Shown in pieces: positions 1 through 17,476 of a DNA stretch of 64,000 nt. The stretch is from the human T2T-CHM13v2.0 reference genome, Homo sapiens: the NCBI RefSeq assembly GCF_009914755.1, contig NC_060929.1. One strand, written 5' to 3'. The notes beneath the pieces were generated by a model. That model was given only the letters and a program-made list of their open reading frames with translations, searched no databases and had not been told where the DNA came from. The translations under genes were made by a program, and so were the position numbers. Numbering within the stretch: the stretch's first letter is position 1; the number at the start of each line of letters is the position of its first letter.

Positions 1-420
1 CTACCTGAGAATGTGTTTTTGTCACAGTGATAGAATCACAAGGAAACTCCAGTTCTGGAAGTACATTTTAAGCCATTGCTTCTATCATGTCCACTAACAT
101 TCAGTCAGCCAAAGCACATACCTTGTCCATGGCTAACATTGATAGTATAGATAAATATACCTGATCTCTAGCAGGAGGAACTGCATTGTCTTGGGGAAAG
201 GTTTTAGATATAGGGAGGGGTGATGAGTTGGGAACAATAATGTAGTCTGCCACAAACATATTAAAGTGTAACTGGATATGGTTGCTGCAGAATTTTGAAC
301 CTTTGTTTTAATTGTGATTTTTACTCTTTTCCCCCTATCTAGTGCCCTTTCGTAATACAGTAATTCTCATGATTTTTGTCTGAATTGAAATCTTCTGAGA
401 TTAGATTGTCTACGAAAATA

Positions 421-1347
<927 letters not shown>

Positions 1348-1525
1348 ATATTTTTAGGTGCTGTAGATGAGCCATTGGATTAAATTATTACAGTATGTTT
1401 CAGACTGCTCTATGTTGAACCCTAGTGAAATGCCTCTCAAACCCTCCTAAGGATCACAATCTCATGTCCTTTTTTTTGTTATTAAATGCCCAGTATGTGT
1501 TAGCGATTTAAACAAAATTCAAATA

Positions 1526-2150
<625 letters not shown>

Positions 2151-2669
2151 AAGAAGAAAGGAATCCGATTGGTTCTGTGTCTGTCTCTTTTGGTATTCTC
2201 AGACTTATGTAGTCATCCATATAGAAAGGTGATTAGGAAAATAGGACAAGAATAGCAGAAATCTACATAAAAATGTAGGAAATTAAAATTAGTTACCAGC
2301 ATACAAAAAACTACTATATGTTATAATTACATACTATAACTCACCCCTCCTTGCCAAATATTCTCTCTCTTTTGACTTCAAAATCATGGCTTATATGTAC
2401 TTTCTCTATTTCCCAGATGCAAATATAATTAATTGACTTTATTTATCTAGGAAATATTACTGATATCTTAATTGTAGTCATTGGCTTGAGTGACGGGTTT
2501 TGGTAATTCAACTACTATTACTTGAAAGTAGTAGATTTCATAAGATACTGTTATAAAATCTTTTTAACCTCTTTTCTGATTTCAGGAGTAATTAGTAATT
2601 GTGGTTTACTGGAAAATTCAATGAATAGCGTGTTAAAGGAAGCAATTCGTTAATAATATATCTAATCTA

Positions 2670-3280
<611 letters not shown>

Positions 3281-3734
3281 GCAACAGAAGCAAATGAGAG
3301 TGCCTGGGAGTGGTCATTGTGGGGCATTCCTGTTTGTGTGACCCAGGTCATGTCCCTCCCTAAGCCCTGGTCTCTCTTGCCTCCTGCAGGGCTGGTGAAT
3401 TACCAGATCTCCGTCAAGTGCAGTAACCAGTTCAAGTTGGAAGTGTGTCTTTTGAAATCAGAAAACAAAGTCGTGGACAACCAGGCTGGGACCCAGGGCC
3501 AGCTGAAGGTGCTGGGTGCCAACCTCTGGTGGCCGTACCTGATGCACGAACACCCCGCCTACCTGTACTCGTGGGAGGTAATGGTGGTTTGGGACTTGCT
3601 TAAGGGAGGTCTTTTGCTCCCATCTGGTAGCCCTGGCTTCAGCAGGAGCCCAGGACAGGTGAACGGGCAGGTGTGGTCCTCTGAGCTTTTCTGAGCTTTC
3701 TGATGTTTCCCACCCTTGGTGGGAGGCCCAGATT

Positions 3735-4352
<618 letters not shown>

Positions 4353-5178
4353 CAAGGAGAAGGCCTGATTTTGAAGGGCAGGTCCCAGGGCCAGCCAGTG
4401 AAGGGCAGAGCCTCTGATTGCTGCTTCTCTGCAGGCCCAGAGGCGACTTCTGGGGTGCATGCACGAGGGGTCTTCCTGCTGTAGGGCAGGCCAGATGGGG
4501 CTCAGGCTGTCGGGGCGCTCACACCTGGCGCTTTGGCTGTCATAGGTGCGGCTGACTGCACAGAAGTCACTGGGGCCTTTGACTTCTACACACTCCCTGT
4601 GGGGCTCCGCACTGTGCCCGTCACCGAGAGCCAGTGGGTGAGAGCCAGTTTCATTTGTGGTAGAGGCAGCAGAGGTTGTAGAAATGCTCCTTGAGGCAGA
4701 TGCCACACCCCAGTTTCATGGAGTGATTTGGGCTGAGCCGAGTCTGCAGCAGGCAGAAGGCTCTGAGATGTTGTCCTAGCCTGGGCAGAGGACAATTCAG
4801 AGCTCGGGGGAATAGGGGTGTGCTCAGCACGACTGGGTGGACAGGCCCTTTGTTGTGAATCGTACAGGCTTCCAGGAGCCGGTGCCTGAGGCTTCCAGAC
4901 AGGCTTTGGGAGGTGGCCAGAGGAGATGCCTGTTTCCGGGGCAGGAAATGGAGGGAGCGCCCAGGCTGGAGAGGTTCAGCCAGGCTGTCACAAGGCTTTG
5001 AAGCTTCCCATCTGAGAGCCTGGCTATTGGAGAGTGTGGGTTTGGAACTTGAGGCTAGGAGGTTCTGTTCTGTCCTGTGCCAGCCACAGCCTTCGGATGG
5101 GCAGAGCAATGATGGGGGGAAGATGTAAAAGAAAAGAACTGAGGAAAGAAGAAGAAAACCAGCTTCAACAACAGTCTA

Positions 5179-5490
5179 GGCCGGATGCGGTGGGTCACGC
5201 CTGTAATCCCAGCAGTTTGGGAGGCTGAGGTGGGTGGATCACCTGAGGTCAGGAGTTCGAGACCAGCCTGGTCAACAGGTAGTGAATCCTGTCTCTACTA
5301 AAAATACAAAAATTAGCTGGGCATGGTGGTGGACGTCTGTAATCCCAGCTACTAGGTAGGCTGAGGCAGGAGAACCGCCTCAGGTGAACCAGGAGGCAGA
5401 GATTGCAGTGAGCTGAGATAATGCCACTGCATTCCAGCCTGGGCTACAGAATGAGACTCTGTATCTCAAAAAAACAAAACAAAACAAAAA
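5179..5490 (+). mobile_element. Alu
   Basis: Alu consensus with a CAAAA tail; CAACAGTCT occurs on both sides, TSD-like. Confidence 0.9.
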
Positions 5491-5597
5491 CACAACAGTC
5501 TGTTCTGTGGAGGCCTTGGGCAGATGCTGGGAGCTCTGAGCACAGACTGGTCCCTCTGTTGGGAGCCTCTTCCCTTCATCCCTCCTGGTTAACTTGA

Positions 5598-6310
<713 letters not shown>

Positions 6311-6649
6311 CGCTTGCACCGTTTTTCTGTGCATGCATCTCCACTCCCACTGCCCAGGACCTGTGGACTTAGATTTGAGTCATTACTGAGCACCTAGCAC
6401 CCAGCCTCATGCCTGCCTCCCACCTCGCACTACCTGTTTGCTTGATGCATTAATAAATATTCCACCTGAATCCACAGCCCATTCACTCCTGTGTTCAAGG
6501 GCTATTTCAGGAAGTGAACCTCATTTTTGGCAGTGTTCAGTCCAGTGACCTCAGCTCTGTGTACCTGGCAGGGTGGCTACGCCTCTGGGGGAATTGGATT
6601 CAGGGGTGGGGGAGAAAGAGTGTTGTTAGAGAGCTTGGTCTAGGACTAG

Positions 6650-7078
<429 letters not shown>

Positions 7079-7371
7079 CCCCAGTTGTGTTCTGGCAGGG
7101 GAAGATGGGACAGAGAGGATGGGAGGGTGTCTGAGCCTTTCCCGGACTGACGGAACCTGTGTCTTCTCTCTTTTGTGGACAGGATGGTGATTGCTCACAC
7201 CAAAGCCTTGGACCCCTCCCAGCCTGTGACCTTTGTGACCAACTCCACCTACGCAGCAGACAAGGGGGTGAGCCTGGGGGTCCCCACCCCATTTCTCCCT
7301 GCCTTTGCCTGGGCTTGTCCTGAAGCCTGCTCATGGGAACAGCTGGAAAGAACCATGTGCTGCCAGTCTGA

Positions 7372-7551
<180 letters not shown>

Positions 7552-7826
7552 TAATGACAATTCTCTCTCTGCTTACTCTCTAGGCAGTGTGGCTTTCTGA
7601 ATTTAAGGAGGCTGGGCATAGGGAGATGGGATTTGTTTGCCCAGTTTGGACTCAGCATTTTTTGTACTCGATTTAATAGACTCATAAAATGTCAAAGGTT
7701 TAAGTGAGCTTAGAGTTCATCTGGCCCAAACCTGGCTGATCAGAATCTCCAGGGGAAGTTTTATTGAAATGCCAGATCTCTGCATTCTGAGATCCTGATT
7801 TAGTAACTCCAGGGTTGGAACCTGAG

Positions 7827-8420
<594 letters not shown>

Positions 8421-8691
8421 TGACTGCATTGGCCCCTTGGGTGGGAGGGCTTCTCCAGGGCAAGGTGAGGGGATGCCCAGTGCTGGGAGTGCTGCCTGGA
8501 GAGGAGTCAGTTCCAGTGGCGGGGGCCCTGGGTTTTGGCTGAGGACTGCGTGTTGGCAGCTGCTCTGCCTCTCACAGCCCTTCCCAGCTGCACACGTCGT
8601 GAGCGTCAGTGTGCAATCACAGGCCTGCCTCCTTTGGGCCACTTTGTGACCATGTTTTTTGCTTGTGGGGCAGGGTAATTTCAGGATCTAA

Positions 8692-9039
<348 letters not shown>

Positions 9040-9722
9040 TGAGTACTGAGTCATGCGGTCTTGTGGTTGCTGAACGGGCTCTGCTGCTCTGGTCCTAGGC
9101 TCTGTATGTGGATGTGATCCGTGTGAACAGCTACTACTCTTGGTATCGCAACTACGGGCACCTGGAGTTGATTCAGCTGCAGCTGGCCGCCCAGTTTGAG
9201 AACTGGTGTAAGACATCACAATCCCATTATTCAGAGCGAGTATGGAGTGGAAACGCTTGTAGGGTTTCACCAGGTAAGCGGTGTTGAACTTTCTGCTTGT
9301 GTATTCTCTCTGGGCAGAGATGCCAACTTGCCTCTCCCACCATGCCATCTCTGAAGAATATTACAGACCATTTTGGAGCATGGTGAATAAGAAATTTTTA
9401 CCTTAGGAGTTCACTTGAATAGTCATTTTTATATTTGTGACTGCAAGTCACTTTTAGGGGCTGTACTTCCTTAGTACTGGTAGCATTATTATCCAATGGA
9501 CTTTTATAGCTTTCATTAGGTTTTCTTTTGTTTTTGTTCTTTAAAGAACATTTTACTTAACTTAGTATTTCATTTTTCGTCTATATTATGAGGCAGTAAG
9601 AGTCTTCTGTTTTTCCAAAGTTGAGACTGCTTTATATTTATTTCATATTGTCTACAGCTGTAGTGTTCAATACATTAGCCACTAGCCACATGTGGTTATT
9701 TAAATAAGATAAAATAAAAATT

Positions 9723-11017
<1,295 letters not shown>

Positions 11018-11269
11018 ATGGTAATAGGCTGATATATTACACTTGTTGATGTAAATCTGATAGGTTTCTTTCTCTCCAAGGACAGCTTTTTAAATATTTA
11101 ACAGTATCAATAATTTTTCAGTTTCTGTGAGAATTTTATAATTTATAATTTGCAGACTTAATGTATAATCTATTTTGTCCTAACAATTACAAATATATTT
11201 TTTATTTCAGATTATATATATTCCTACCAGATGGAGATAATTACAGCTTTAAAAATTTTTATTTTTTCA

Positions 11270-11512
11270 TTTTATTTCACATATTGACATTAAATTTTTA
11301 TTGACACATAATAATTGTACATATATATGGGGTACAATGTGATGTTTTAATACATGTACTCAATGTGTAATGATCAAATCAGGGTAATTTGCATAATGAT
11401 TTTTCTGTAGGGAGAAAATTCAAAATCTACTCTTCTGGCTATTTTCAAATATATAATATGTTATTGTTAACTATACTCATCCTACTATGCAATAGGACAC
11501 CAGAACTTATTC
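11270..11512 (-). mobile_element. Old L1 3'-end fragment
   Basis: AATAATTGTACATATATATGGGGTACAATGTGATGTTTT...GATCAAATCAGGGTAATT resembles L1MA/L1PB 3' ends. Confidence 0.65.
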
Positions 11513-11813
11513 CTGGGTTCTACATCTGTTAAGCCAACCAAAGATTGGAAATATTGGGAAAAAAAATTGCGTCTGTACTGAACATGTACAGACTTTTTTC
11601 TTGTCCTTATTCCTTACACAATATAGTACAATAACTATTTGCATGACATTTACATCGGATATTATGAGTGATCTAGAGTTGATATGAAGTATATGGGAGG
11701 ATGTGCAAAGGTGATGTGCAAATACTATGTCATTTTATATCAGGGACTTGAGTATCCTTTGTTATCCTCAGGAGATCCTGAAACTAGTCCTCCATGGATA
11801 CTGAGGGCTGACT
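11513..11813 (-). mobile_element. MER2-like Tigger-family element
   Basis: TGCGTCTGTACTGAACATGTACAGACTTTTTTCTTGTC and the terminus GGATACTGAGGGCTGACTG. Confidence 0.7.
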
Positions 11814-12879
11814 GTCTAGTCCTATCCTCACGGAACTTTCATTGTAATGAGGGAAGACTGACTATAAACAAAATATATGTAATAGGTGGTGGTAAGTACC
11901 GTGGAGAAGTAACAAATGGGGCAAAGTGAGTTATACAGCTCCATCCTTAGAAACCTTGGAGTACTTTTCTTAGTTTATACTCGTGGTGGTTTCCTTTTGT
12001 CTCCTTTATTACATGGGACTCTGACATGTGCCCATAGCTAGGGTGGCAGTAGGATCTACCCGAAAAGCGTCCTGCTGATACAGGACCAAAGCATCCTGTT
12101 GTTCTCGAGCCTATAAAAAGAGCTAATGGTCTTGCTTCTCTTAACTGTGGCCTCCTACACTGTGTTTTGGATGATTGGTGATGTCTTGGATATTCTGTTT
12201 CTTTGGAACTTTGAATATACAACACTTTACTAGGGAATTAGCAATGGAAGCAGAGCAAAGATGTACAGAGGAAACAATGCATAACTCTGATGGAATTGAA
12301 GTCATGAGGCAGCAGAGAGCTTAAATTAGAGCTTTAAAAATTTTTATTTTTTAGAGGGAATTTAATTGGGAGTAACAGCAGTAATAGTTAACGGAGCCAG
12401 AATGCTTGAGTCATATAATTGCAAAGCAGAGTTGGGAGCAACAGATGCTAAAGAGTAGTTGCTGTAGTTCCTCTTTGGGTCGTAGGAGCAGTTGTCATGT
12501 TACTATATAGCTACTGAATGAAGAAGAGTTCTTAGTGAGGCCTGGGTGAACAGCTCTTCTTAGTATTCTGTGTGACCCCATTTGACCTTTTAACAAATCC
12601 CTAAGAAAATAAATAGCCCCTAAGGTAAACTAAGTTTTTCTCTGCTATTTTTTTGCTTGAGAGAGCTATAACTGTAGTAGACTTATATTTCTGAACATTT
12701 TAGTGCTTGCCAATATTTGGTAATATTTATGTTTCCTATATTTGTAATGAACATTCTTCTTCCGGTACATTTTTTGTTAAATTATTGTTTCATGCATAAA
12801 AGTTCACCTTTTATTGTATAAAATTGACTCAGATTAATTTATACACATTGACAATGGGTAAATAGAGCTTTTCAGATTA

Positions 12880-15800
12880 TTAAAAGCTGAAGGATGCCCA
12901 TGTAAGCAAAAACAAAAAAGAAAAAACCAACAAAAATAAACCCAAACCCCTCAAACAATTTCGAACACAAAACATTCTTCTCACGCCGGCATCCCTGCTT
13001 GCAGGTGTGAGGGGGGCAGGAATCAGCGAGGTGTCCTGGGCTGAGTCCCCGGAGTGGGAAGAGGTGGCAGGAAGGGGATCTGAGGAGGAGAACAGGGGTC
13101 CTGGTGGTCTGTGCTTCTTCCCAGACACGGGAGCTGTAGAGGAGACCTCTGCAGCAGATGCTAGGGGGGCCACTAGGCCTAGGCAGTCTTGGGACTTGGG
13201 TCTGTCCTGCTGTGCATCCATAGTGGGTGCTTTAGAAAGGGGAGGCCCACGCGAAGCCCCCGTTGCAAGTGAGGACAAAGTGTGGGAAGGCCGTGAGGGT
13301 CTGCAGTCCGAGATGGCCTTGCCCTCAACGTGCAGTGCACTGTTGATGTGGGGCCTAGAGGCCTGGGATCTGGGGGAGCCACCCCTGGGGGCGAGTGTCT
13401 GCCCTGGTGCTGTATCTGCCTTTTGACAGCGGGTGTGACCCGAAGAGACAGCCTGAGGTCCGTCCTCACTCACTGTGTTTGAGGAACTGAGGGCCAGCTG
13501 GCAGTGGCATGAGGCTGGCCCCCTCCTCCGCTTTAGTTCCGGGAGGCCTTCCGTAGAACTGTGGGAGCTGGAGCTGGCATTTCCTTGGAGGCAGGATCTG
13601 GTCCGGGAGGTCTGGGATCTCTGGTTATATCTCACTTCTGACCTCTGGGCACGTGCTGCAGCTGTGGCTGAGGCCAAGAAATGTGAGGGGCCTCCATTCA
13701 CTGCATTGAGTAGTGACCCCGACGTGGGGTTCAATGTGGAGGGGGGAGGGGCTGCTGCTGCAGCTGCAGGAGCGGAGGTGCCAGGCCTTGTTCTTCTCAT
13801 GCTGGCATCCCTGCTTGCAGCTGTGAAGGGGGCAGGAATCAGCGAGGTGACCTGGGCTGAGTCCCGGGAGTGGGAAGAGGTGGCAGGAAGGGGATCTGAG
13901 GAGGAGAACAGGGGTCCTGGTGGTCTGTGCTTCTTCCCAGACACGGGAGCTGTAGAGGAGACCTCTGCAGCAGATGCTAGGGGGGCCACTAGGCCCAGGC
14001 AGTCTTGGGACTTGGGTCTGTCCTGCTGTGCATCCATAGTGGGTGCTTTAGAAACGGGAGGCCCACCCGAAGCCCCCGTTGCAAGTGAGGACAAAGTGTG
14101 GGAAGGCCGTGAGGGTCTGCAGTCCGAGATGGCCTTGTCCTCAACGTGCAGTGCACTGTTGATGTGGGGCCTAGAGGCCTGGGATCTGGGGGAGCCACCC
14201 CTGGGGGCGAGTGTCTGCCCTGGTGCTGTATCTGCCTTCTTTTCACAGCGGTGACCCGTAGAGACAGCCTGAGCTCCGTCCTCACTCACTGTCTTTGAGG
14301 AACTGTGGGCCAGCTGGCAGTGGGATGAGGCTGGCCCCCTCCTCCGCTTTAGTTCCGGGAGGCCTTCCGTAGAGCTGTGGGAGCTGGAGCTGGCATTTCG
14401 TTTGAGGCAGGATCTGGTCCGGGAGGTCTGGGATCTCTGGTTATATCTCACTTCTGACCTCTGGGCACGTGCTGCAGCTGTGGCTGAGGCCAAGAAATGT
14501 GAGGGGCCTCCATCCACTGCATTGAGTAGTGACCCCGACGTGGGGTTCAATGTGGAGGGGGGAGGGGCTGCTGCGGCAGCTGCAGGAGCCGACCTTGTTC
14601 TTCTCATGCCGGCATCCCTGCTTGCAGCTGTGAAGGGGGCAGGAATCATCGAGGTGACCTGGGCTGAGTCCCGGGAGTGGGAAGAGGTGGCAGGAAGGGT
14701 ATCTGAGGAGGAGAACAGGGGTCCTGGTGGTCTGTGCTTCTTCCCAGACACGGGAGCTGTAGAGGGGACCTCTGCAGCAGATGCTAGGGGGGCCACTAGG
14801 CCCAGGCAGTCTTGGGACTTGGGTCTGTCCTGCTGTGCATCCATAGTGGGTGCTTTAGAAACGGGAGGCCCACGCGAAGCCCCTGTTGCAAGTGAGGACA
14901 AAGTGTGGGAAGGCCGTGAGGGTCTGCAGTCCGAGATGGCCTTGTCCTCAACGTGCAGTGCACTGTTGATGTGGGGCCTAGAGGCCTGGGATCTGGGGGA
15001 GCCACCCCTGGGGGCGAGTGTCTGCCCTGGTGCTGTGTCTGCCTTCTTTTCACAGCGGTGACCCGTAGAGACAGCCTGAGCTCCGTCCTCACTCACTGTC
15101 TTTGAGGAACTGTGGGCCAGCTGGCAGTGGGATGAGGCTGGCCCCCTCCTCCGCTTTAGTTCCGGGAGGCCTTCCGTAGAGCTGTGGGAGCTGGAGCTGG
15201 CATTTCGTTTGAGGCAGGATCTGGTCCGGGTGGTCTGGGATCTCTGGTTATATCTCACTTCTGACCTCTGGGCACGTGCTGCAGCTGTGGCTGAGGCCAA
15301 GAAATGTGAGGGGCCTCCATCCACTGCATTGAGTAGTGACCCCGACGTGGGGTTCAATGTGGAGGGGGGAGGGGCTGCTGCGGCAGCTGCAGGGGCCGAC
15401 CTTGTTCTTCTCATGCCGGCATCCCTGCTTGCAGCTGTGAAGGGGGCAGGAATCATCGAGGTGACCTGGGCTGAGTCCCGGGAGTGGGAAGAGGTGGCAG
15501 GAAGGGTATCTGAGGAGGAGAACAGGGGTCCTGGTGGTCTCTGCTTCTTCCCAGACACGGGAGCTGTAGAGGAGACCTCTGCAGCAGATGCTAGGGGGGC
15601 CACTAGGCCCAGGCAGTCTTGGGACTTGGGTCTGTCCTGCTGTGCATCCATAGTGGGTGCTTTAGAAAGGGGAGGCCCACCCGAAGCCCCTGTTGCAAGT
15701 GAGGACAAAGTGTGGGAAGGCCGTGAGGGTCTGCAGTCCGAGATGGCCTTGTCCTCAACGTGCAGTGCACTGTTGATGCGCTGGAATGCTGCCTGTTTTT

Positions 15801-16374
15801 CCAGGTGCAGGTCTTCCGCCGTGACCCGGTACCCCAGCTCTAAGGGAGGTGGCAGCATCAAAGGCTCCCCTCGCCTGCTTGGCAGCAGGCGAATCTTGCG
15901 TCTACGGGGCCTAGAGGCCTGGGATCTGGGGGAGCCACCCCTTGGGGCGAGTGTCTCCCCTGGTGCTGTATCTGCCGCCTTTTCACACCGTGTGTGACCC
16001 GAAGAGACAGCCTGAGGCCTGTCCTCACTCACTGTCTTTGAGTAACTGAGGGTCAGCTGGCAGCGGGATGAGGCTGGTCCCCTCCTCTGCTTTAGCCCCG
16101 GCAAGCCTCCCGTGGAGCTGTAGGAGCTGGAGATGGCATTTCGTTTTGTGCTCGAGCTCGTCCAGGATGTCTGGGATGTCTGGTTATATCTGATTTCTGA
16201 GCTCTGGGCATCGAGGTCTGTCTGCAGAGGCCCGGGCCTGGGCACAAAGGGAGAGAGGCCTCCATTGTCCCGCAGGGGCCAAAATGCAGACCGTGCATCC
16301 CCGGTGACCTCGGGGACCGTTCTCTGATCAGCAGGATTTTCTTGGACTCTGGGGTCCTTGTCCTGCTCAGGCAT
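12880..16374 (-). CDS. POM121L1: Putative POM121-like protein 1-like, intronless, 1164 aa from the first ATG (MPEQDKDP...); the open frame extends to a GTG at 16698
   Basis: Uninterrupted 3.8-kb frame. POM121-type motifs RNAISSSYSSTGG and RRGEPLMLPPPLELGYRVTAEDLHLEK. Ser/Pro/Ala/Arg-rich. Position 16698 is GTG; the first ATG is at 16374 (context gggATGc). Translation is unproven and the symbol denotes the family only. Confidence 0.72.
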   Translation of the reverse strand: MPEQDKDPRVQENPADQRTVPEVTGDARSAFWPLRDNGGLSPFVPRPGPLQTDLDAQSSEIRYNQTSQTSWTSSSTKRNAISSSYSSTGGLPGLKQRRGPASSRCQLTLSYSKTVSEDRPQAVSSGHTRCEKAADTAPGETLAPRGGSPRSQASRPRRRKIRLLPSRRGEPLMLPPPLELGYRVTAEDLHLEKQAAFQRINSALHVEDKAISDCRPSRPSHTLSSLATGASGGPPLSKAPTMDAQQDRPKSQDCLGLVAPLASAAEVSSTAPVSGKKQRPPGPLFSSSDTLPATSSHSRDSAQVTSMIPAPFTAASRDAGMRRTRSAPAAAAAAPPPSTLNPTSGSLLNAVDGGPSHFLASATAAARAQRSEVRYNQRSQTTRTRSCLKRNASSSSHSSTEGLPELKRRRGPASSHCQLAHSSSKTVSEDGAQAVSTGHRCEKKADTAPGQTLAPRGGSPRSQASRPHINSALHVEDKAISDCRPSRPSHTLSSLATGASRGPPVSKAPTMDAQQDRPKSQDCLGLVAPLASAAEVPSTAPVSGKKHRPPGPLFSSSDTLPATSSHSRDSAQVTSMIPAPFTAASRDAGMRRTRSAPAAAAAAPPPSTLNPTSGSLLNAVDGGPSHFLASATAAARAQRSEVRYNQRSQTSRTRSCLKRNASSSSHSSTEGLPELKRRRGPASSHCQLAHSSSKTVSEDGAQAVSTGHRCEKKADTAPGQTLAPRGGSPRSQASRPHINSALHVEDKAISDCRPSRPSHTLSSLATGASGGPPVSKAPTMDAQQDRPKSQDCLGLVAPLASAAEVSSTAPVSGKKHRPPGPLFSSSDPLPATSSHSRDSAQVTSLIPAPFTAASRDASMRRTRPGTSAPAAAAAAPPPSTLNPTSGSLLNAVNGGPSHFLASATAAARAQRSEVRYNQRSQTSRTRSCLQGNASSSSHSSTEGLPELKRRRGPASCHCQLALSSSNTVSEDGPQAVSSGHTRCQKADTAPGQTLAPRGGSPRSQASRPHINSALHVEGKAISDCRPSRPSHTLSSLATGASRGPPLSKAPTMDAQQDRPKSQDCLGLVAPLASAAEVSSTAPVSGKKHRPPGPLFSSSDPLPATSSHSGDSAQDTSLIPAPLTPASRDAGVRRMFCVRNCLRGLGLFLLVFSFLFLLTWASFSF
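12980..16209 (-). repeat. Coding tandem repeat inside the ORF: units of 936, 807 and 816 bp plus a truncated fourth (also at +20286 and +40580)
   Basis: The anchor TTATATCT (encoding RYN) occurs at 16184, 15248, 14441 and 13625; all spacings are multiples of 3. Confidence 0.95.
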
Positions 16375-17222
16375 CCCTGCCCTGCTCTCCTTGAGGGCCC
16401 TCAACACTATCTTCCCTGGACACAAGTCTGGGGACAGCCGGGTGTTGAGGACCCCAAAGGGGTGACTACCTGCTCCTGGGCCCCACAGAGTCCTTGTGCT
16501 CAGTGTAGTGGCTGAGCTGGGGGATGCCCTGGAATTCGGAGCACACAGCACTGGCTTACTGTGGTACCTGTGCAGTGAAATTGGAGACAGAATCACCAGG
16601 ATGGAACACAGGTCTTGCAGGATCACGGAAAACCTTCTTAGAGTTGTCTTGACACCACTGATGTTGAGTGTCCGGGTGTTTGTAGGATGGCCTGCCACTC
16701 AGTCCAGGGGCAGGAGCAACGGGGAGATCCCACAAGCAAAGTGAACTGGGCGATGGGCTGAAGGGGCTCTAGGCAACTGAGCCCTACTCGCAGGTCCTCG
16801 GCCTTGGCCCAAACAGGAATGAGGGGCACAGAGTGCCCGGGTAACCGCTCCTGGGAGCAGTGGGGAACTGTCGGATACTTGAACTCTCGAGAGCTGGGCT
16901 CTGAGCGTCCTCGTCCAGCTGCCAACTTGGCCAAAGGCTAAGCCAGCAGATTGTTCTGTTGCCGGGCGACGCGACTTCTAAACCTGAGGGAGTGGGCATG
17001 TGAGCACATAATGGCACCAGTGACAGAGCGACCATAATGGATTAATAAGCGCAGCCAGGTACCCGCGCAAGGCACTTGCTGGCAATGGCAGGAGGCGGAC
17101 GTGGGGGGGGTCGTGCAATAGGTACTGGAGGGAGAGACGTGGGCACAAAGGTCGCGGGAGGAACAGGTGCCCACAATGGCTGCAGATCTGCCCGTGGATC
17201 ACTGAAGATTCCTGCTCTCCTG

Positions 17223-17476
17223 CTGAGGTGGAGACTGCAGTGAGCTGAGATCGCACCATTGCACTCCAGCCTGGGCAACGAGTGCAAAACTCAGTCTCCA
17301 GATAAAAAAAAGAAAAAGAAAAAAAAGAGGCCGGGTGTGGTGGCTTATGCCTATAATCCTAGCACTTTGGGAGGTCGGGGTGGACGGATCACGAGATCAG
17401 GAGTTGGAGGCCAGCCTGGCCAACATAGTGAAACCCCGTCTCTAGTAAAAATACAAAATTTAGTCAGACATGGTGG
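17223..17476 (+). mobile_element. Alu 3' fragment (17223-17328) plus an Alu left arm (17329-17476) fused to the LTR
   Basis: Alu consensus ends abruptly at CATGGTGG. Confidence 0.85.

Noticed and set aside
3317-3694. 125-aa ORF (173 aa in copy 3) as a standalone gene
   Set aside because: It is GUSB exon 5 plus flanking intron; the extension in copy 3 arises from an Alu polyA length change
13007-15997. + strand ORFs of 139-262 aa overlapping the POM121-like ORF
   Set aside because: Antisense shadows of a GC-rich repeated frame, with non-ATG starts and no recognisable homology
16375-16698. The track's 1272-aa start 'MAGHP'
   Set aside because: The codon is GTG; the first ATG is at 16374, so the CDS was called from there
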